Shown here: positions 62,901 to 64,000 of the stretch, in pieces | Layout of the letters: every line of letters begins with the position of its first letter | Position numbering within the stretch: the stretch's first letter is position 1 | Source: Selaginella moellendorffii | Lineage: Eukaryota > Plantae > Lycopodiophyta | Assembly (NCBI RefSeq): GCF_000143415.4 | Contig: NW_003314285.1 | Span: 79,203 to 143,202 of the forward strand | Length of the DNA stretch: 64,000 bases | Reading direction: 5' to 3' | Translations under genes and position numbers: made by a program | Notes under the pieces: model-generated | The model's database searches: none | What the model was told of the DNA's origin: nothing | The model's input: only the letters and a program-made list of their open reading frames with translations

Positions 62901-64000
62901 GACATGGTTGTCCCATTGCGTTCTATTCCAAGAAATTGGATGAACCCAACGAAGATGGCTAATGTACGAGAAAGAGATGTTTGCTATAGTGTTAGCACTA
63001 GAACACTGGAGACACTATTTGGGTGGACATACCAAGATTTATATGGATAGTAACACACTAAGCTACTTTCCTATGCAGCCAAAGCTTATGCCGAAGCAAG
63101 CTCATTGGCAAGAGAAGCTTGCTAGATATGATATTGAAATCATATATAAACCTGGTAAAGACAATATTGTTCCGAATGCATTGAGTCGTTAGGCTCAATT
63201 CCAGGCATTATCGGCAATTAGTTTGGACTAGTTGGAGGATGTTCAGGCTTCATATGGAAGTGATCTATTAGCAAAGGCAATCTTACGCCATTCAGAGTTG
63301 TCAAAGCAAAACCCTAGTAGTGAAGCAGCGAAAGTTGCTAGCTGCACCGATGTGAAGCTTCACTTCTCAATTCGGGATGGGCTTATATTCTATAAGCAAG
63401 AAAGATTGTATCTTCCCTCTAAGGATTTGCAGCAGTTGTTTGTACGGGAACATCATGATGTTCCGGCAGTAGGACATAGTGGAAAGCAAAAGACTTTGGC
63501 TTCATTGAAAAAGGGATTTTTCTAGTCTAGTATGGAAGGTGATGTAGCGGACTATATCTGTTCCTGCCCTATATGCCAGCAATGTAAGTGCAGAACTAAG
63601 AAGCAGGCTAGAAAGTTGCAATGCATTCCAGCATCAGCATGGCCATTTTAGAATGTGACACTTGATTTTGTCACTTGCTTGCCGAAGTCTAAGGGTTATG
63701 ATACTTTGATGGTGGTTGTGGATCAGTTGTCGAAGATTGCACACTTCATTTTAACTGTGGAAACAGTGAATATGATACAAGCAGCAAAGCTCTTTTTCCA
63801 TGAAGTAGTGCAGGTTTGTGGTCTTCCCGAAGAGATGATCTTAGATAGAGATTCGAGATTTACGGGGAAGTTTTGGGCCACACTATTCCAATTTTTCGGT
63901 ACCAAAGTGAAGTTTAGTATAGCTTATCATCCTCAAACAGATGGGCAAACCAAATGCGTGAATGCTCAAGTTGAGGATTATCTACAATACTATGTTGTGG
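59950..64000 (+). pseudogene. Ty3/gypsy gag-pol with stops and frameshifts (gag, zinc knuckle, protease, RT, RNase H, integrase), truncated by the window edge
   Basis: CFHCGESGHKSSEC, MIDMGATHS, KTAFKTRYGSYEFLVMPFGL, YIDD, CDASSYAIGAVL, YKPGKDNIVPNALSR, HHDVPAVGH and YHPQTDGQ. Confidence 0.93.

Overview
Repeat-rich land-plant genomic DNA. Tandem PLS-class PPR genes, ~40-55 nt introns and a CCCTAAA telomere-type tract suggest a lycophyte such as Selaginella (inference). Most of the window is Ty3/gypsy LTR-retrotransposon sequence (one clean integrase plus LTR, several nested and decayed copies), with a copia remnant and two PPR genes. The unusual part is 6.5-34 kb, which holds two unrelated large DNA transposons built on the same plan: a transposase head-to-head with a multi-exon cargo gene for a ParB/Srx-like domain joined to a prokaryote-type beta-class (N4C/N6A) DNA methyltransferase fold. 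Element A (~6.55-18.25 kb, ends not found) has a DUF7869/Sola-like DDD transposase. Its cargo is a ~1,600-aa spliced ParB-MTase-like-acidic-HAD(FCP1-like) protein. It also carries ~22 copies of a 22-bp palindrome (ATGGCRTGWGGCCWCAYGCCAT), mostly in introns and intergenic DNA. Element B (19778-31513) is an 11.7-kb Mutator-like element with imperfect TIRs and a 9-bp TSD (CATTTTGAC), inserted into an older copy of itself. It carries a Pro-rich-ParB-MTase gene and two CPIC zinc-finger-like ORFs. All domain calls come from motif recognition by eye; no database searches were run.
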